Shown: positions 25,961-39,984 of the stretch, piece by piece | Layout of the letters: every line of letters starts with the position of its first letter | How positions within the stretch are numbered: position 1 is the stretch's first letter | Assembly: GCA_012295275.1 (NCBI GenBank) | Contig: CM022679.1 | Coordinates: 26,288,001 to 26,352,000, forward strand | Length of the DNA: 64,000 nt | DNA from: Chrysomallon squamiferum | Lineage: Eukaryota; Animalia; Mollusca | Direction of reading: 5' to 3' | The notes under the pieces: model-generated | Database searches by the model: none | The model's input: only the letters and a program-made list of their open reading frames with translations | What the model was told of the DNA's origin: nothing | Position numbers and translations under genes: made by a program

Positions 25961-28672
25961 TTACTTTTTGATTAAATTACAAATTAAGTTGACTAACTCA
26001 TCGTCTGGAGACACAGCCTCAGGAGAATCAACTTTCACTTTGACATCAAACCCGGCAGCGCTATAGACTCCAAAAACTGGTATCAGAGGCTTTGAAACAT
26101 CAATATTAAAAATACTGTATACACATTTGTTTTGACGTAATCCAATAATGTGAAGTTTTCTCTTTTTTGTGTCAAGCAACAATCCAAGTCTGACATTGAA
26201 TTCTTTTTTCTTTTGAAAATGTGCAAACGGCTTGTCAGATATTTGCTTCCCACGAATGTAAATGACTAAACACAGACTGTTGTGATCGCTACAGGTGTCA
26301 ACACTTACACACCAGGCGTGACTGTTTTCTGAAATTAGTTGTGTATTATCATAATTTTGTTGTGTACAAACACCGATTTGAGCTGCTACTTTGTCAAGTT
26401 CTGCTTTATCCAGTACTTTACATACAACGTCAACCTGCCAGTAATAACAGTCTGGATGGTGAAAAGTCTTGTTTCCTAAAACACCTTTAAAAGTTCTAAC
26501 TTTGATAGTCTGTTCTGCGTCAGGTCGTACTGAAGATTTGTTGATCAATTCACCACAGTCTGTGATTTTACAATACTTCCAGTTTACACGATTTTTATCA
26601 AACTGTAAGTTGGGTACTGCCAAAAAAAAAATAAAAATAAAAAGAAGGAATTGTAAATTACAGAACTATAATTAAAGCTGGGTATGTTTACATGAGTATT
26701 TATTTATTTGATTATTTCCAGATATTTGTTTATTATATTTCATTTCATTTTATTGAACAGCAACTTTCTAATCCTGACCATACGTTTACAGATATTTTAA
26801 AAATATAACAAAGTAATATTTATTTTCCTTATTTGAAAACAAGTAAGTAAAGAGATCAGATATATTCTTAAGTATTACTGTGATAACATGTATCTCTAAA
26901 AATGTACTAAGTTCATATCTAGCAATATTTAACATATATATATAAAGTATTTGAAAAACATTCTGCGATGCGAAGAAACTACAGAGTGTTATCTTCCGAA
27001 AGGTTTTATTAGTTTGTGACTCTCCCGAGCGTGAGGGTGTGTGCGCATGCGCGTGTGTGTTTGTTTGTGTGTGCTGGTTTCCTATAATTGCCGTTAATTG
27101 TCGCTACGTTTCAAATTGCATAGCTGAGTCTTCCTGTACAGTGGATTTGATTAAAACTCTTCTATCAGTGAAGTGTGAAAATTACTTACGAAACACTTCT
27201 TTGGATTGACCTACAACAATTTTCCGCATCAAATCCGCATCTGAAAAATATTATCTCATTCTACTTCGAATGTGTAGACAATCAAAGTGTCCTTATAAAA
27301 ACAGTGCATCAAAATTTATAATTACTTCAAAAACTTATTTCACTAACAATCGACTCTACGTCGTTAAAAGAAGAAAAAAGTTATAAAAATATAATTAACT
27401 AGTAATGAACAAAAGTTTTGTTCAAAACGAATTGGAAAATTCACCTTGTTGATTGTCTATCTCAGTGTCGTCTTCAAGCAAATCGCGATGATCAACACCG
27501 AGTGACGTTTCTTGATTTTCTGAAAGAGCCTCAGCAACATTTTCTGACCTTTTCTCAGTAGAACCAGCTATATCTCGTGATCCATCGTAGACGACTGTTG
27601 ATTTGTTCAAAATATTTTCAAAGTCCCGAAATATCTCCAGACCAAGGTTGATCTTTTTCATCTGCAGTTCAGCCAATACACTCGACGTAATCAAATGTTC
27701 AGTTTTGTTTTTCAGAGACTCAAACATTTCAGTAAATTCGACTTGACGAGCGAACTGCAAGGCTTGTTGACAGTGTAGAAGATGTTCACTTTTCTCATTC
27801 ATCGACCGAGTCACCACTTTTATCTGTTCATCTCGATCACATTTCTGTTTGTTAACATTTTTAACAACTTCGTCTTTCAATTGTTGTGTCAAATCTTGAA
27901 TCTTTTTAATGATTGGTTTACTGGCTTCGTCTATTTTCATTAGACTTTCTTCTTCTGTCTCATCCAGTGTTTGTTTTTCTTTAGTCAGTTTATCAGTGTA
28001 CGACTTAGATTTTTCTATGGACGTCTGTAACTGACATAAAGTGGATTTAATCTTTTCCTTCTTCTCACTGTAAACATCTTTCAGATTACAGATTTCGTGA
28101 TTTCTGTGAGACATAAGTGCACACGTAGAACAGACAGCTGTACAGCACGTCTTGCAGTAAACATCAACTTTCATATTTTCGTGATTTGTACATATATCTT
28201 TCCTCTGGAAAAATTCAGACTGTGGAATTTCCACCAGCTTTGATAAAAGAATTATCTTATGAAGTTTTGTACTTGGAAATTTGTCATGCCATGAGGTGCA
28301 GGTTTCGCACATGTGAATATCACAATCGAAACATCGGGTCGTTGCTTTCCTTTTTTCGGAACATACTTGACACGATATTTCTCCAGCATTTTTCTTAATT
28401 CTTACATACTCCACCAAATCTGTCAGCACTTTGTTTTGTGGAAATGTTTTCTCGATATTATTTTGAACAGGCCATATTTGTCGACAGTTGGGACATGTTA
28501 CTCCCTCTGGCGAATTCTTCCACACTGATGTCAAACATTGACAACAAAAGCTATGGTGACATGGTAAAATACGTGGTAGTTTATCTCCGTCATTAAAATA
28601 GTCTAAACAAATTTCGCATATAACAAACTCGTCTCGAATATCTATTAATGGTACAACACAACTTTCAGCCAT
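25961..28672 (-). CDS. TRIM-B: RING-Bbox1-Bbox2-coiled coil-short linker-B30.2(PRY-SPRY)-like
   Basis: Exons 28672-27445 (an in-frame upstream ATG is also present at 28684), 27240-27190 (DADLMRKIVVGQSKEVF) and 26616-25961. Same motifs and phases as TRIM-A, and the frame is open. Confidence 0.88.
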
Positions 28673-29929
28673 TATGGATCGCATTAAAATGTCGCAGAAT
28701 TCCTATCCAGAAATAATTTTAGAAGCTTTAACATATCTTCTGTACAGTATCATTCCACTTTACCTGTTTGAACATGCAATAAGCAAATTTATAAGTCAAA
28801 TCAATAAAATATAAAGTACGTTTACGTAACATTCAAACGATTATTTATTATGCCAGAGATAATTAAGAAAAGATAATAATGGAAGTCATTTTTAGACAGA
28901 CCAATCTGTATCAGTTTGTCTCGAGAGTAACATGTATAGTATGTCCATTATTCAAACTTTTGAATACTTTGAATAAACTTCTTGTAATAAATCATTTCAA
29001 ATTCTGTTTTTGGTGAAGCAAAATAAAGAAATAAAGGAACAAAATAGTAAAATATAGTAAATAAATAAATAAATAAATAAATAAATAGTGTGTAATATGG
29101 AATTTCACGATATGTTTATTGTCACACTGTTTCATCTGGTGCCGTTAGAACAGAATACATCTGTTATTTGTGATGACGCTAACACTCCACTTGCAGACGG
29201 GTACAATGGCGGCGTTCAGACATTTTGTAACAGTGTTATTTTGTTATCATATTTTGTACTGAGCGATTCTCTGTCGTGTTTAACTATAAAGTCATAATTT
29301 TCAAGTATAAATACTTTTGCTTGACTTTTAATTGGTATTGTCTCTGTTACACTTTAAGCTGAAGTGATCATTTGCTGACTGCTGTTGTATTTATTATTGT
29401 ATGAACAATTTCTTTCTGATAAAATTTAAATATATTACATGACCGTAGGTAGACTATTTTTGAAACGAGGCAAAAACACTTAATCACCGAGAGGAACGGA
29501 GCAACATCATTTGGCCGAGGTGTCTGGGAGGCGTTGACAAAAAGGAATTCATTTAGTGCATACCGTTTCTATCGGAATAGAAATTTTATATTTTATATAT
29601 GTTTTAAATAAAACCTTTCTATACATCTATGCCAAGTCACAGCGATACCTTTATTTCATATTTTTGTTTTTCAATATTCTAAGGCCTGTATTAAAATTGA
29701 ACATTCTTAAACTGGATTATGTTAGTGTTTGTTAAGATTCACAAGGGTTTATCTTCACCTCGCTTACAGGTGACTGCTGTCGTATTTATTCAAAGTTACT
29801 AGAAAAGCGTTCACAGAAAGATCACAGCAGAAAACAAAATGTTTATTTTGAAGGCGTTTACATTGATATAATAATAAATATAATAATAATAATAATAATG
29901 ATTATGATGATGATAATAATATTAATAGC

Positions 29930-29966
<37 letters not shown>

Positions 29967-30279
29967 GAAATAATAAAAGTAATAATAATAATAACACCAG
30001 CAATAATAATAATAATAATAATAATAACAACAACATTTACCGTGCAGTTTTCATAACCATATTTTATCATATGCAGATAAATCAAAAACTGTACTCTAAA
30101 CTGATAATTTCTGTCAGTTTCAACCATTAAAGGAAAATTGTTAAAATAAGCCATCAGTGATGATGTGTTTATGATATTTAAACAAGTATATGATCATGTT
30201 TAACGTGAAAATGTTATCTTAATTTCACTTTCTATATCATGAATTGCAAAATATATTTGATTTAAAAAAAACAGTGTCA

Positions 30280-30510
30280 CTAATGGCTGAAACTGGAAAT
30301 GACGACAGTAAGATAATTATCTTTAACTTACCTGACTGTACTGAGCCTTTACATTATAATTTACTTGTCATCTAATTACTAAATATCCCGCCTTTGCTAT
30401 CGAACTTGTCCTAAAAGACTACTTCGCAAACATTGTCAAAGTGAGTCACCTTGGAAAACGTGTTAACGTTCAAAGTACACTTGGTATCAGTGACTCGGCG
30501 AAACGGATAA
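30280..30510 (-). promoter_or_regulatory. Conserved TRIM 5' module of TRIM-B
   Basis: Homologous to 19931-20150. Donor CAG|GTAAGT at 30331. Confidence 0.55.
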
Positions 30511-30716
30511 CCCTAGGACACTCGTGGGACAGCACGAGAACTTATAGTTGTGACAACTTCAATCGTATTTATATATATATCTTTACATAAATGGATGTTC
30601 AACAGTACTTTTTCTTTCTTAATTCATTGCTCTATACAGAGAAACCAAATATACAATTTATAGTCAGATATGATCGTTCTTAATTAATCCCTTTAATTCA
30701 TATAAAATAAAATAAA

Positions 30717-30753
<37 letters not shown>

Positions 30754-31565
30754 AATAGAATAAACGAATAAAACAAAATATAATAAAATATGCAAACAAA
30801 CAAACAAACACACAAACAAAGAAATAAAATAATTATGTAAGTAAATAAATGAACGTACAACTTAATTTCTAGTTTTATTATTTTTTTCAGAAACACTTGA
30901 TATGTCAAACACACGTTATATAACACCATTTGGACTTGGTTAGATGAGGGGCGTATCTCCACTCAGGTGACCAGTTCGTGTCACATCTGTTAAATGAAAA
31001 CAAACTGCGACTGTAAGCAAAGCGTGGACGTTTTTTGTTTCAACATGTAAGGTATGAACAACAACTTTTTTCTTTTTCTTTCTTTCTTTCATTTTTTTCT
31101 TCTTTTCCTATTTTTTTCTCTTTAAATTGGAGCTGTTAAAATCTATAAATATTTTTAGTATGTTCGTTTTCAAATCAAAAGGTATTCGATTCCCAATTAT
31201 CAAAATCTAATTTGATTCGAAATTTTCAGAAAATAATGCATAATGTTTCATTTTTATCATTAGTAACCTCACATCATGTTTGCAATACTTCATTATTTAA
31301 CTACAAGTTAAATTAAATTTCATATTTTAAAGACGTTTACGTATTACTTTTCTTTCATTTCGAGAGATTTTTTGAAAAATGATTTGAAATTCATTTTAAA
31401 GAATAAGTGTTTGCCCTTATTTATATTTCAACATACTGTATAATTATTACGCTTACTTTTCACAGATACAGTACGTTAAATTCATCCTCAACAATTAGAT
31501 AAAACAGTTTCAAATATAGGGAATTTCAACTCCAGTGTTTCTAATGCATTGTAATGTGATCCGTA

Positions 31566-33032
31566 ATGGCTGAAAGTTGTGTTGTGCCATTAATAGAAAT
31601 TCGAGACGAGTTTGTTTTATGTGAAATTTGTTTCGAGAGTTTTAATGACGGAGATAAACTACCACGTATTTTACCATGTCACCATAGCTTTTGTTGTCAT
31701 TGTTTGACTTCAGTGTGGAAGAATTCTCCAGAAGGAGTAATATGTCCCAACTGTCGACAAATATGGCCTGTTCAAAATAATATCGAGAAAACATTTCCAC
31801 AAAACAAAGTGTTGACAGATTTGGTGGAATATTTAAAAATTAAGAATAAACCTGGAGAAATACAGTGCCAAATATGTTCCGTTAAACAGAAAGCAACGAC
31901 CCGATGTTTCGATTGTGATATTCACATGTGTGATACATGCACATCATATCACATGAAATTTCCAAGTTCAAAGCATCACAAAACAGTTTCTATATCACAA
32001 CTGGCGGAAATTCCACAGTCTGAATTTTTCCAGAGAAAGGATATCTGTACAAATCACGAAAATATGAAAGTTGATGTTTACTGCAAGACGTGCTGTACAG
32101 CTGTCTGCTCTACGTGTGCACTTGTGTCTCACAAAGATCACGAAATCTGTTATCTGAAAGATGTCTACAGCGAGAAGAAGGAACAGATCAGAACCACTTT
32201 ATGTCAGTTACAGACGTCCATAGAAAAATCTGAATCGTACACTGATAAACTGATAAAAGAAAAACAAACACTGGAAGAGATAAAAAAACGAAGTCTAATG
32301 AAAATAGACAAAGCCAGTAAAGAAATCATTACAAAGATTCAAGATTTGACACAGCAATTGAAAAACGAAGTTTGTACAAATGTTGACAAACAGAAATGTC
32401 TTCGAGATGAACAGATAAAAGTGGTGACTCCGTCGATAAATGAGAAAAGTGAACATCTTCTACACTGTCAACAAGCCTTGCAGTTCGCACGTCAGGTCGA
32501 ATTTACTGAAATGTTTGAGTCTCTAGAAAACAAAATAACAACTTTGATCACGTGTGGAGAACTGGTTGATTTAAAGATACAGAAAATCGACTTACAGTTG
32601 GATGTATTTGAACGTGTTGATAATGAGATAAAGCAGACTGCACAGATGTTTGACAAGTCAGAGGTGATACCCTGTATTGAGATGACAGACGCTATTGTAG
32701 AACGAGAATCTTGCGTTCTCAAAGTTAGACTCATCTCAAAGAAAAACAAGTCACAGTTAGAAGCTGTTGTTCAAACTCCTGGTCAAAGGCACGAAACTGA
32801 TAGAAAACGTGTCACAACGGTCATTTGTGGAAAGCTGTTTTACAAGCCGCTAACACTCGGTCTTCACAAGACATCAGTCAGATTTGATTGTTTTGATATT
32901 GAACATGACAGTCTCACATTTCACAGCAGAGAGGAGAGTTAGTATTTCAATCTGTATTTTAGTATTTGTAATATACAATGCAAAACTGAAATATGACATT
33001 TGTGTGTATGTCCAAACATACATACACTTACC

Positions 33033-33088
<56 letters not shown>

Positions 33089-34308
33089 AAATAAAATAAA
33101 ATGAAATAAAATAAAACAAGGATAAGAAATAAAATAACGAATAATTCATTTTCTGTTTTCAGCTGTAAAACTTTTCAATTTGAAACAAAGTTTTTATAAA
33201 AGTAGCTTTTGTATGATTTTTTCTGCCTGTGTTGTTTTACTAAAACGATTCACTGCCATGTATGAATCTGTGTTTCCGTTTTAAATGACTTCTTTCACAT
33301 TAACAAATATTATTATCGTTATTGTTTATTTTAGATGCTGAACTGACGAGAAAAGTTCTGATTGGACTCAACGAGCAGTCCAACACGTTTACTGAAGTAT
33401 TGTGTGAGTAAAACATATTTAATATACGTTTATCCGATAACTCAGAAATAAATTTGTTTATTCGGTTGGCAGTTTAATAATTTATGAATATTTTCATTTG
33501 TTTCTTCATTTCTTTGTTTCTTTAACTATTTATTTTATTTTATACTACAAAAAAGGAGGATCAAGCGAGATTTAAAATATAAAATGTTATTTATCATCAG
33601 AACGTTTTCTTGTCGGAGATAATTATAGTTATAGACATGTATTTTTATTTTAACAGTACCCAATGTACAGTTTAATAAGAAATGTGTAAACTGGAGGTAT
33701 TGTAACATCACAGATTCTAATGGATTGACCAGGAAACCTCCACTACGACCTGACACAGAACAAACTTCAAGACTGAAATGTTTTGAAGGTGTTTTAGGAA
33801 ACAAGACTTTTCACCATCCTGGCTGTTATTACTGGCTCGCGTTGTCTGTAAAGTACTGGAAACTGCACAACTTAACACAGTGGCAGCTCAAATCGGTGTT
33901 TGTACAGAAGAAACTTATGACGATGCCGAATTAATTTCAAAAAACAGACACGCCTGGTGTGTAAGTGTTGACACCTGCAGTAATCACAAACGTCTGTGTT
34001 TAGACGTTCATTCTCTTGGGGAGGAAATATCTGACAAGCCGTTTGCACATTTTGAAAAGATCAAAGAATTCATTGTGAATCTTGGATTGTTGCTTGACAC
34101 AAAAAATAGAAAACTTCACATTATTCGTTTAAATGTAAACAAATGTGAATACAGCATTCCTGATATTGACGTTTCAGCGCCTCTGATACCACTGTTTGGA
34201 GTCTATAGCCCTGCCACGTTTGATGTCAAAGTGAATGTTGTTTCTGCTGATAATATGTTTCAAAACGAAGAGTTACTCAAGTTAATCTCTAATTTACTTA
34301 AAAAATAA
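31566..34308 (+). pseudogene. TRIM-C: RING-Bbox1-Bbox2-coiled coil-filamin-like-B30.2-like, with a frameshift in the SPRY exon (pseudogene or truncated protein)
   Basis: Exons 31566-32937 (open, 457 codons; donor A|GTTAGT), 33335-33403 (69 nt) and 33657-34308. After TAC TGG, the 5 nt CTCGC replace 9 nt seen in paralogs (net -4, ~33836-33840), giving a stop at 33934. The remainder of SPRY is intact in another frame. Confidence 0.8.
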
Positions 34309-35104
34309 TATTACGTTCTATAATTGACAACTATTTCTATGTTCAAGATTTCTTAGCGATAACTGGTTCTTACCGATTTGTTTTGATATTTCCTTGTATT
34401 TCTTCGTGTATTATAAATGTCAACGATAAATATATTTGCATTACTGCTTAGTCTGATACCAGAGTTCGGTGTCTACTGTCCTGTTTTGTTTTATGTCAAG
34501 GTGAACATTGTGTCTAGAGAGAAATTGTCATTAAGTGGTTGGAGTCTAACATTAATCTGAATTGCTCTTCAATATCAGATTTATTCATCTATTTATTTGT
34601 TTATTTGTTCATTTTTATTCATAATTTAATTTTTTTATTTTATGTCTGTGTGTTTGTTTATTTAATTGATTATATTTTTGTTATATTTATTTGTTTTGTT
34701 TATATATTTATTTATTTGTGTGTTTTTCCTTTCTTTCTTTTCTATCTTTATTTCCTATTACTTCTTATTTTATTTATTTCTTTTGTTACTTATTTATTCA
34801 TTTTAATCTATTTATTTATTTATTCGTTTGTTATTGTTATTTCTATTTATGAATTAATTAATGAATTTACGAATTTAGTTATTCGTATTTTGTTTTAAAT
34901 GTAAATAATAGAAAAGTTTGTTTTGAAGATGACTTTGATAAGTTTTATTCAGTAATTTCTGTCATTTTTCTTTCTACTGAATGATGTCATGACAAGACAT
35001 CTCCTATAATCATTCATTCATTAATTTTTTATTGTGCTAACAAAAAATATATATATATTTTTTATATTAGAAATAGAATCTTCAGAAATCCATGTATTAA
35101 CATA

Positions 35105-36565
35105 TCACAATTGTTGATTCCATAAAAATCTGTCATCTTTCAATAAACTAGCCAGTTCTCTGTTGGCTTCTTTGTAAAAAAGATTTAAAACTGTACATGT
35201 CTGATTCCACATTGGACCAACAGAACGATCTTTTTCTGTTCGGGTAAACTGTCTTCTCAAACTGGCTATTCTCTCTGTTTCTTGCTCTGACAGTTCTTCT
35301 GAAATTGTGTGTTTATTATTATTATTATTAGCAGTAGAAGTAGTAGTAGTACTGGTGGTAGTAGCAGTAGTAACGTTACTGTTGTAAATGTTATTATTAA
35401 TTTTGTAATTATTATTATTATTATTATCAGTTTTTTCCATATCTGCTAAAATTTAATAAAGCTTTCAGAAATTGCTAATACTACTAGTGTTATCATTTCC
35501 ACAATCTCCACTTATTACAGTACCACTACTATAAACAGATTTCTTTTCGATATTACAATATAAATATCACTTTGTGATACAATATATAAATGTTTTTTTG
35601 GATTTTAAAGAAGATTTTGTTCTGCACAACGGTGGATAGACATTGTTACTGCAAGCCGACAGTCAGTTTTGAAAAATGATCTTTATAATTTACGTATTTT
35701 ATCATAATTACTTACTACGTTTAACCATTCTTTCAAGTAAACAGCGTACATTCCTACCAGTATTCGACTCTAGAAATGTAATAGTAGGAACTGTATATAT
35801 TTTATTCACTATATTAAGATAATTAGTTTCAGAATTTTTTCCCAGATCTTCATGGACGAGAGAGTTCCTTTCAATGTATTTATTTGCGTTTTTGTGCGTT
35901 TATTTTTCCTTTAATGTAGATATGTGTATGTATGTATGTATGTATGTATGTATGTATGTATGTATGTATGTTATTCTTGTTGTCGTTATCTGTGTTTTGT
36001 TCAGACATGCTATTAATCTGATTTGATATTTTGATTCTTTAGTCAAACCATTTACAAATTCTTTCATCTGACTATCCATTTTCCGTTCACTTATTCAACC
36101 AATCTTCAGTGTATTCGTTTATTTCATCCCGCGTTCACATTACATCTATTTATGAGTCAATTTATATTGCCTTTCAGTCGGATTTCTGAAAACTAACAAT
36201 AATTATAGCGTTTGGCGTGAAATGATGGAGGCTGTGTGGTGTAAGGTGCGCCTTCTCCGTGCTTATTCCTGTATTCTGAGCAATATCTAAATCAAATCGA
36301 AATAAAATTATTGTAATTTTATAAGAATAACACTCAGCATGCAAGAATTTTATAAATATTTGTATTCTTTGGGTATCTAAATAGCGAGGTTATTTAGTAA
36401 TTATGATGATGATAGAGAGTAAGTGAATAGTGAACAAATACTTACGAACAGCAACTCCTGCATCCAAATAATCTAATAAATTTACGTCCCTTTAAACTAA
36501 GGTTTAATACTTTCGAGGTCAAATTGTATCATATTTAAGAAAGAAAGAAAAGTGACATACTTATC

Positions 36566-36645
<80 letters not shown>

Positions 36646-37120
36646 CTCTTTACATTGTTACATTTTATATTAAACAAAACGTTTGAGGTATTATACTGTA
36701 TGTATTATTTTGTATAACAACAACACCAATACTATTACTGCTACTGCCACCACCACTACCTCTACTACTACAACAACTACTACTGCTACTACTACTAATA
36801 TTACTACTACCACCAATAACAAAAACAATAATCATAATAATATCATCATCATCATCATCATCGTTATTATCATTAATCAATAAATAACAAATAAATAAAT
36901 AAATAAAAGCAAATAACAATGTTTAACCATTTTTCAAATGTAAATATTCTTTGTAATTGTAATTAGCAATAAAACTGATGACGTCAAAGAATTTACCTGT
37001 AATTAACGGATGACAGTTGGATATGTTGTAAGCGGTTTGCACCGTGGATTCTATTTTTTGGCAGTGCTAACGTGGCTACAGTGTATTTAATAAATAATAT
37101 TTCTGCGTCGGAAGTGGGCA
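35105..37120 (-). pseudogene. CHST15: Carbohydrate sulfotransferase 15 (GalNAc4S-6ST)-like pseudogene, 3' exons only
   Basis: Exon 35298-35105 (..GPMWNQTCTVLNLFYKEANRELASLLKDDRFLW, like the CHST15 C-terminus GPMW..T...L..FY...N..LA..L.D..F.W). Exon 35769-35716 (SRILVGMYAVYLKEWLNV, like RLQVGLYAVYLLDWL). Exon 36286-36171 (HHFTPNAIIIVSF/RNPTER, 3'-PB region with a +1 frameshift and a GC donor). A probable exon at 37120-36997 ends HPLITG. Intervening exons were not found. Confidence 0.78.
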
Positions 37121-37439
37121 CTGAAATATTTAGATCTTCATACATTTTATGTCTACTAACAACAAATAATGTAAAGTTAATAGACTAAGATTCTTCTTCT
37201 GTTTAGTTGTAACAAATGGTGAATACTGTATAAACGTTAAATAACATTTTCTTTATGACTGACCCACATAACACTGGTGGGGACTTTGTATTGAATTATT
37301 TAGATTTTGACACATTTTATTAAATAAGTTACAAAAGACCAAATTTCTTCTTCTTGTTTTAATTGGTAATAATGGTTCTACCACTTTATAAAATATGTTT
37401 GTGTGCTAAACACAGATAAACGTATCTGCTTCAAAGAGA

Positions 37440-37810
37440 CGCTGATAAATAAAATCAGTGCTGAGTCTATTCACGTGATCGAATCGTAGATACGCAAAAG
37501 CAATGCTACAACTGCACGTTAACACGTTTCCCACTTCAAGGAGACTCGCTCTGATGATGTTTGTTTACCGGTTGCCATGTAAGAACTGAGCGATAGAAAG
37601 AGAAGACGTTTACTTATTAGGCGACGGGACGTAATAATTTATAACAGAACAAATTTTCACTTCTTCTTTTCACTTGTAACAACAGTTTTAACATTTATAA
37701 AATACATTTATTTTTTTCGCGCTCGAATTCAGTGTATACGTCTGGCCGAGTCTGTGATACAAGCTGCACTTTGCGGTTAACACGTTTTTCAAGGTGGACC
37801 CACGTTTGTT
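37440..37810 (+). promoter_or_regulatory. Orphan, partly duplicated remnant of the TRIM 5' module with no downstream CDS
   Basis: Two GTTAACACGTTT...CAAGG segments (~37518 and ~37776) match 60961-60990 and the reverse complement of 20075-20120. Confidence 0.5.
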
Positions 37811-39324
37811 ATCCCGCTTCCTCCAGGTTTTGCTTTACAGTGATTTGTTCATACACAATACAAAGTAGAAGATAAATAGAAGAAAAACTATTTATTTTCT
37901 GAACATTCTTTTCCGAGTTATGTTAGTAATAATTAGAATAAGAAATTCCTGTTAGCCTGTGAAATGTTATTATCCATTGAAATGTTAAGTTAGCTGAGAA
38001 TTCCTGGTTAATAAATAAATGAATAAAACAACTTGATCACATTAAAAACAACAACAACAACAACAAAATTGGATTGTCGTTATGCCTGAATGGTGATATT
38101 TCTATTAATTTTATTTGATTCAAAATTTCCTGAATTAAAATAATACAGACTTATCAGTATGAGACTTAAAATTATTATCCTGGATAAATATTGTCACACA
38201 GGAAAGGTATCTGAACAGGTTTTTTATCTTGCTTGTAGCTACTCGTACAAACACGATAACATTCCTATCAGGTTATAGCAAGTATTCACACGTTCACCCA
38301 GCTTTAACATTATTACTGTGTATGTTGCTTCCACTGGTTTCTTGACACAAAATTGAAGATAAATAGAAGAAAATATTTGTATTCATTGAACTGAACGACT
38401 ATTTATGAGTTACTGACATTTGTCTGAGATTTATTCACGTTATTTACGTTTCTTTCGTCTCTTTGTTACGAGAATTAAACACAGCATATTCCGTTTATCT
38501 AGAAATACTCTCGGATAACAAATATATATATATATAGATATATATATATGTAGGTATGTGTGTGTGTGTGTGTGTGTGCGTTTTTTATGTATGTATGTAT
38601 TACCATTATATACTGATGTATGTTTGATACAGTGACATATCTTTGTATTTAAATTTCGGAAATATATTTCAGGAATTACAAAACTATTAGAAGATATATA
38701 TAGAGAGAGGCAGGAGATGTCTGACTTTTAAATGATTAATTTTTCATTACTTAATAAATTACTATCAATACAACCTTAAAACGTTTGCTCAGTAACCGAG
38801 ACTAACCATCACTTCCCACAAAGCGTCATTCTTCTATGCTTCTATTTTTTAGTTATTATTATTATCTCTTTATTTATTTATTTGTATATCTTATTTATCT
38901 TATTTTATTTTATTTTATTATTTATTCATTCAGTCTTTCATTCATTCATTTATTTATTTACTTTCAGCCATATTTTCTGTACAATATACATATATATATA
39001 TATTTTTTTTCAATTATCGTTGTTCTTATTCTTGACAGTATCTGGAATCTGGTATCCAATAAATTACGAATGAACTATTTCAACAAGAAATTCTCTTTGC
39101 AGTTAAAAGTAATTCAGGATGAAAATGCTCTGGTATCACTAAAACGAGGGCTGGACGAGCTGGACTCGGTTCAGTCGAGCTGAATGCAAACACACGACTG
39201 AACCGAGCTAATTTGTGTGGCAATGTAAACATCGCTGTAAACGTTAATTAAGAATTGGTTTACGATTTTAGCACAGTTCATCTCTACTAATGAGAAATAA
39301 TATAAATTTAATAATTGATTACAG

Positions 39325-39382
<58 letters not shown>

Positions 39383-39789
39383 CAGAGGCAATATAAAATC
39401 TCCAGTTTATATTGTAATTTTAATTGTTTAGGTTTTTTCTTTTTCTTTATTCATTTATATAACATTTTATTTATTATTATTATTTTTTTTTAATAAAACC
39501 ACCTGTTATTGTTTTATAAGTGTAAATATAGTTTTATTAATAATGAGTACATATGTGTTATGTATTTCATCACAGAAAGGAGTCTACAGATATTTATCAC
39601 GTTCTCAGTAAATTTCTTTGCCTTTTTATAAAATGTTATTAGAGATGTAAATACTATATTGATGCAAGCTTATTATTATTATTATTATTATTTTATCATC
39701 AGACTTTTACCAGAATATTGTTTATAAATAAATAAAGTTTTGATATAAAATGTTATTGCGTATGTAAATACTCCATTTATCCAAGCATG

Positions 39790-39832
<43 letters not shown>

Positions 39833-39984
39833 GACACTTTTTACCAGAATATATTTATAAATAAATAAAGTTTTATTGTAAAATCCACTTGCAAATGAAA
39901 CTTTTAAAAAAGTATGCTTATGTGCACAAAGATTACTAATTATCACATAAATAAACCAGAGCTGAAACCATCCATTTTTAATAT

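Noticed and set aside
28186-28528. Recurring antisense ORFs within TRIM exons (also 18304-18534, 46100-46315, 53725-53940, 62670-62858, 63425-63754)
   Set aside because: They are shadows of the coding strand, repeated only because the genes are recent duplicates.
31519-31528. NF-kB-like GGGAATTTCA before TRIM-C
   Set aside because: A single imperfect match that is not conserved in paralogs and probably lies within the 5'UTR exon.
36446-36472. Possible additional 27-nt CHST15-like exon (AG...GTAAGT on the minus strand)
   Set aside because: The splice signals look plausible but the peptide is too short to assign by eye.
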